From NCBI GenBank assembly GCA_944372465.1, contig CALVZG010000010.1:42411-106410 (forward strand): a stretch of 64,000 bases of DNA, read 5' to 3'. This DNA comes from an uncultured Clostridia bacterium. GTDB taxonomy: Bacteria > Bacillota > Clostridia > Christensenellales > UBA1242. Under the pieces are notes generated by a model. That model saw only the letters and a program-made list of their open reading frames with translations, did no database searches and was not told the origin of the DNA. The translations under genes were made by a program, and so were the position numbers. Shown here piece by piece: positions 60,914-64,000 of this stretch. Position 1 is the stretch's first letter; each line of letters starts with the position of its first letter.

Positions 60914-62182
60914 CTATTCATTGTACTCAAATGTAATATCCTTAATTTTTACAGTATCTCCATTTTTAAGTCCTTTTTCTTTAAGCATATCTATTATTCC
61001 CATATCTTGCAAAGATTTTTGAAAATATGCAAAAGACCTGTTATCAGAAAGCACTACACCTCTTATAAAATTGTCAATTTTTCCGCCACTAACAACAAAA
61101 GAACCATCATCTTCCCTAGTGATAAAAACAGAATCATAATCTCTTCTATCAAAATCTTTTTCTTCAATTTCTAAAGGCGGTTTTTTAGCAATTTTGCTTA
61201 ACTTCTCTAATGTAATAAGTTTTAACTTTTCAATTCCAAAATATGTTGCACCCGAAACAAGAATATAATCTTTATTAATCTCCTTTTTAAATCTTTCTAT
61301 TCTAGACTCTAAAGTTTTTTCATCTATTAAATCAATTTTTGACAAAACAACTATTTGCGGTGTTTGCGAAAGTTCTATGCTATATTTTTTTAACTCATCA
61401 TTTATAATTTTATAATCTTCAATGAAATCGCGCCCATCACTTTGAGAAATATCTACTAAATGCAATATAAGCCTAACTCTTTCAACATGTTTTAAAAAAT
61501 GATGTCCAAGCCCTTGACCTTTGCTCGCCCCTTCAATAAGACCTGGAATGTCGGCCACAACAAAGGTTTGTCCTTTTACTTCACAGACTCCTAAATTTGG
61601 ATATAAAGTTGTAAACGGATAATTTGCAATCTTTGGATTTGCATTTGAAATACAAGATAATAAAGTTGATTTACCTGCATTTGGAAAACCTACAAGACCA
61701 ACATCAGCAATTGTTTTTAATTCTAGTATTACTTCTCTTTGTTGAGTAATTTCCCCTGATTGTGAATAATGAGGAGATTGATTTATAGAAGACTTATAGT
61801 AAGCATTTCCATGCCCACCCTTTCCACCTTTAAGGGCAATAAATTCCATTCCATTTTCAAATAAATCATAAATAATTTTGTTTGTTTCAACATCAATAAT
61901 GACTGTGCCACATGGAACTTCTATAATAACATCTTTACCATTTGCCCCTGTTTGTAATTTTTTACTACCATCTCCACCATTTTCTGCAAAAAACTTTTTA
62001 TTAAATCTAAAGTTATATAAAGTATTTATATTTTGGTTTGATTTAAAGATAACATTACCGCCATTTCCGCCTTCACCACCATCAGGGCCACCTTTTGCCG
62101 TCATTTTATTTCGCAAAAAAGAGGCGGAACCGTTTCCACCATTACCTGCTTTTATTATTATTTTTACTCTATCTAAAAACAT
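60914..62182 (-). CDS. obg: GTPase Obg/CgtA
   Basis: MFLDRVKI..KAGNGGNG..SF.R, GFPNAGKST, DIPGLIEGA and the C-terminal TGS-like domain. Confidence 0.95.
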   Translation of the reverse strand: MFLDRVKIIIKAGNGGNGSASFLRNKMTAKGGPDGGEGGNGGNVIFKSNQNINTLYNFRFNKKFFAENGGDGSKKLQTGANGKDVIIEVPCGTVIIDVETNKIIYDLFENGMEFIALKGGKGGHGNAYYKSSINQSPHYSQSGEITQQREVILELKTIADVGLVGFPNAGKSTLLSCISNANPKIANYPFTTLYPNLGVCEVKGQTFVVADIPGLIEGASKGQGLGHHFLKHVERVRLILHLVDISQSDGRDFIEDYKIINDELKKYSIELSQTPQIVVLSKIDLIDEKTLESRIERFKKEINKDYILVSGATYFGIEKLKLITLEKLSKIAKKPPLEIEEKDFDRRDYDSVFITREDDGSFVVSGGKIDNFIRGVVLSDNRSFAYFQKSLQDMGIIDMLKEKGLKNGDTVKIKDITFEYNE

Positions 62183-62268
62183 TTACCACCTCTTTTTGAT
62201 TTTTGTTTTTGTATTCATTTTGCATATTTAGTATTTTGTTTATTGTATTAGTACAAATATATAGTATT

Positions 62269-62898
62269 TTAACTATTATGTTTTGCATAATAGTCGCAAA
62301 ATTTGGTAAACGGACAATTATTACAATCAGGCTTAATTGCTTTACATTTGTATCTTCCAAAGTGAACTAACTGAAGATGTAATTTTCCCCAACTACTTTT
62401 GTCGAACAATTTCATTAATTCAATTTCACATTTGTAAGGATTTTGAGTTGTTGCAAGCCCTAATCTATTTGAAACCCTTAAAACATGAGTATCAACCGCT
62501 ATCGCATCTCCCTTAAATGCTTCCGAATAAACAACATTTGCAGTTTTTCTTCCCACCCCAGCAAGTTTTTGCAAATCATCTAAATTGTTTGGAACTTGCC
62601 CATGAAATTTATCTAATAAATCTTTACTCATAGACAAAATATTTTTTGCTTTATTATGATAAAATCCACAAGAATATATTTTACTCTCTAATTCAGGTTG
62701 TGATAAAGTCAACATTTTTTCGGGAGAATTATATTCTTTAAAAAGATTTTTTGTAACTAAATTAACTCTCTTGTCTGTACACTGTGCTGATAATATAACT
62801 GCAACTAAAAGTTCATAGACATTATTATAATCTAATTCACATTTTGGTTGTGGAAACATTTTATCCAATTCTTCACTTATTTCTTTAGTTTTTTTCAT
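62269..62898 (-). CDS. nth: Endonuclease III
   Basis: HhH-GPD (LAGVGRKTANVV), catalytic region, and a C-terminal 4Fe-4S Cys cluster (CKAIKPDCNNCPFTKFC). Confidence 0.9.
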   Translation of the reverse strand: MKKTKEISEELDKMFPQPKCELDYNNVYELLVAVILSAQCTDKRVNLVTKNLFKEYNSPEKMLTLSQPELESKIYSCGFYHNKAKNILSMSKDLLDKFHGQVPNNLDDLQKLAGVGRKTANVVYSEAFKGDAIAVDTHVLRVSNRLGLATTQNPYKCEIELMKLFDKSSWGKLHLQLVHFGRYKCKAIKPDCNNCPFTKFCDYYAKHNS

Positions 62899-63009
62899 TT
62901 TTTCACTTTTTTAATTTCTTAGATTTTATTTTTTATGTTAACCAATATAATCAATGATTAATATGGGGTTTTATTTTATTTTTATAAATTTTTATTGGCA
63001 CTTGTTTTA

Positions 63010-64000
63010 CTAATTTTTCATAAGTGGGAATAAAACTGTATCTCTAATATTTGGCAAATCAAAAATGAATTGAACAAATCTATCAATTCCAAATCCTAAA
63101 CCTGATATTGGAGGCATCCCATGTTCCATTGCAAGCAAGAAATCTTCATCTATATCCATTGTTTCATCATCACCTAACGCTTTTTCTTCTAACTGCTTTT
63201 CTAAAAGTTTTCTTTGTAAGATTGGGTCAACTAATTCTGAATATGCTTTTACAAGTTCGGCTCCTCCAGCAACTACCTGAAAAACATCTATAATTCTTTT
63301 ATCTTTATCATTTCTTCTAGCTAAAGGGATTAATTCTGCTGGATAATTATATATTATTGTTGGGTTTATTATTTGTGCTCTTATTTTTCGTTTATAAATA
63401 TAATCAATTAATGTTCTTACAGTCTTGCATTCTTCAATTTCTTGATATGAATATATATTATTTTCGACAACTTTTTTCTTAAAACTTTCAATATTGGTTT
63501 CGTCTAGAAAATCAAACCCTAGTATTTCTTTCATTCTTTCAACATAATTAATTCTAGGCCATTTACTTTCAAATTCAATTTCTTGACCTTGATAAGTAAT
63601 TTTTGTTGTACCTAAACAATTTTTTAACAATTTATTAATCATATCATAGAAAAACTTTATGTTATCTTCAAAATTCCAATATGACGCATACCATTCTACT
63701 TGAGTAAACTCTTGTAAATGAGATGGGTCCATACCTTCATTTCTAAAGTCTTTACCCATTTCAAAAACTCTATCCATTCCTGCACAAATACATTGTTTTA
63801 GCCATGTTTCTGTTGCAATTCGCAAATTGCATTCTATATCTAAAGCATTATGATGGGTAAAAAATGGTTTGGCACTTGCTCCTGACACACTTGTTTGCAA
63901 AACTGGAGTTTCAACTTCAATAAAACCATTATCTTCTAAATATCTTCTAATAAAAGATTCTATCTTGCTTCTTGTTAAAAACACTTGTCTTGATTTTTCA
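63010..64000 (-). CDS. lysS: Lysyl-tRNA synthetase, class II (C-terminal part; N-terminus beyond the window)
   Basis: FIEVETPVLQ, FRNEG.D..H..EFT..E.Y and GLGFGIDRFV motifs. The reading frame stays open to position 64000. Confidence 0.9.
   Translation of the reverse strand, partial: EKSRQVFLTRSKIESFIRRYLEDNGFIEVETPVLQTSVSGASAKPFFTHHNALDIECNLRIATETWLKQCICAGMDRVFEMGKDFRNEGMDPSHLQEFTQVEWYASYWNFEDNIKFFYDMINKLLKNCLGTTKITYQGQEIEFESKWPRINYVERMKEILGFDFLDETNIESFKKKVVENNIYSYQEIEECKTVRTLIDYIYKRKIRAQIINPTIIYNYPAELIPLARRNDKDKRIIDVFQVVAGGAELVKAYSELVDPILQRKLLEKQLEEKALGDDETMDIDEDFLLAMEHGMPPISGLGFGIDRFVQFIFDLPNIRDTVLFPLMKN

Noticed and set aside
62169-62360. 63-aa minus-strand ORF bridging nth and obg
   Set aside because: It overlaps the nth 3' end and the obg start in a different frame, and its content is not protein-like.

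Overview
This is a 64-kb chromosomal segment from a very AT-rich Firmicute. It is an endospore former and looks Clostridia-like, with a complete spoIIIAA-AH operon plus spoIVB. Almost everything is housekeeping in classic Firmicute synteny.

Plus-strand block (0.5-33 kb): frr-uppS-cdsA-rseP-[PolC-like exonuclease]-rimP-nusA-ylxR-ylxQ-infB-rbfA-nrnA-truB; efp; spoIIIA operon-asp23-nusB-xseAB; L20 leader-infC-rpmI-rplT; yebC-ruvCAB-queA-tgt; rny.

Gene orientation then converges at about 33-36.5 kb.

Minus-strand block (36.5-64 kb): lysS, nth, obg, yhbY, rsfS, ywlE-rpiB-x-gap, tig-clpP-clpX, tRNA-Leu, T-box-pheST-nifZ-thiI, argR-recN, spoIVB, serS.

I saw no CRISPR array, transposase, prophage, rRNA or recognisable multi-gene defence operon, and I cannot point to a convincing new multi-gene system.

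The items most worth a second look:
1. The polC syntenic slot holds a 522-aa protein with only PolC-like N-terminal, OB and DEDDh exonuclease modules.
2. The convergence zone looks like a replication terminus. It carries poorly characterised genes (a membrane-tethered PadR-like protein, a DUF45 peptidase, an orphan 324-aa protein) and a 770-bp non-coding gap with nested palindromes.
3. About 3 kb away is a XerS-like single recombinase with an apparently leaderless promoter, followed by a perfect 10-bp inverted repeat.
4. A tRNA-Leu has an A34 (AAG) anticodon.
5. An orphan EncFtn-like mini-ferritin has no encapsulin neighbour.
6. A eukaryote-type GAPDH is translationally coupled to a degenerate GT2-like membrane protein.

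All calls rest on reading the ORF translations and the DNA by eye. No database search was run. Start codons were refined by Shine-Dalgarno inspection.
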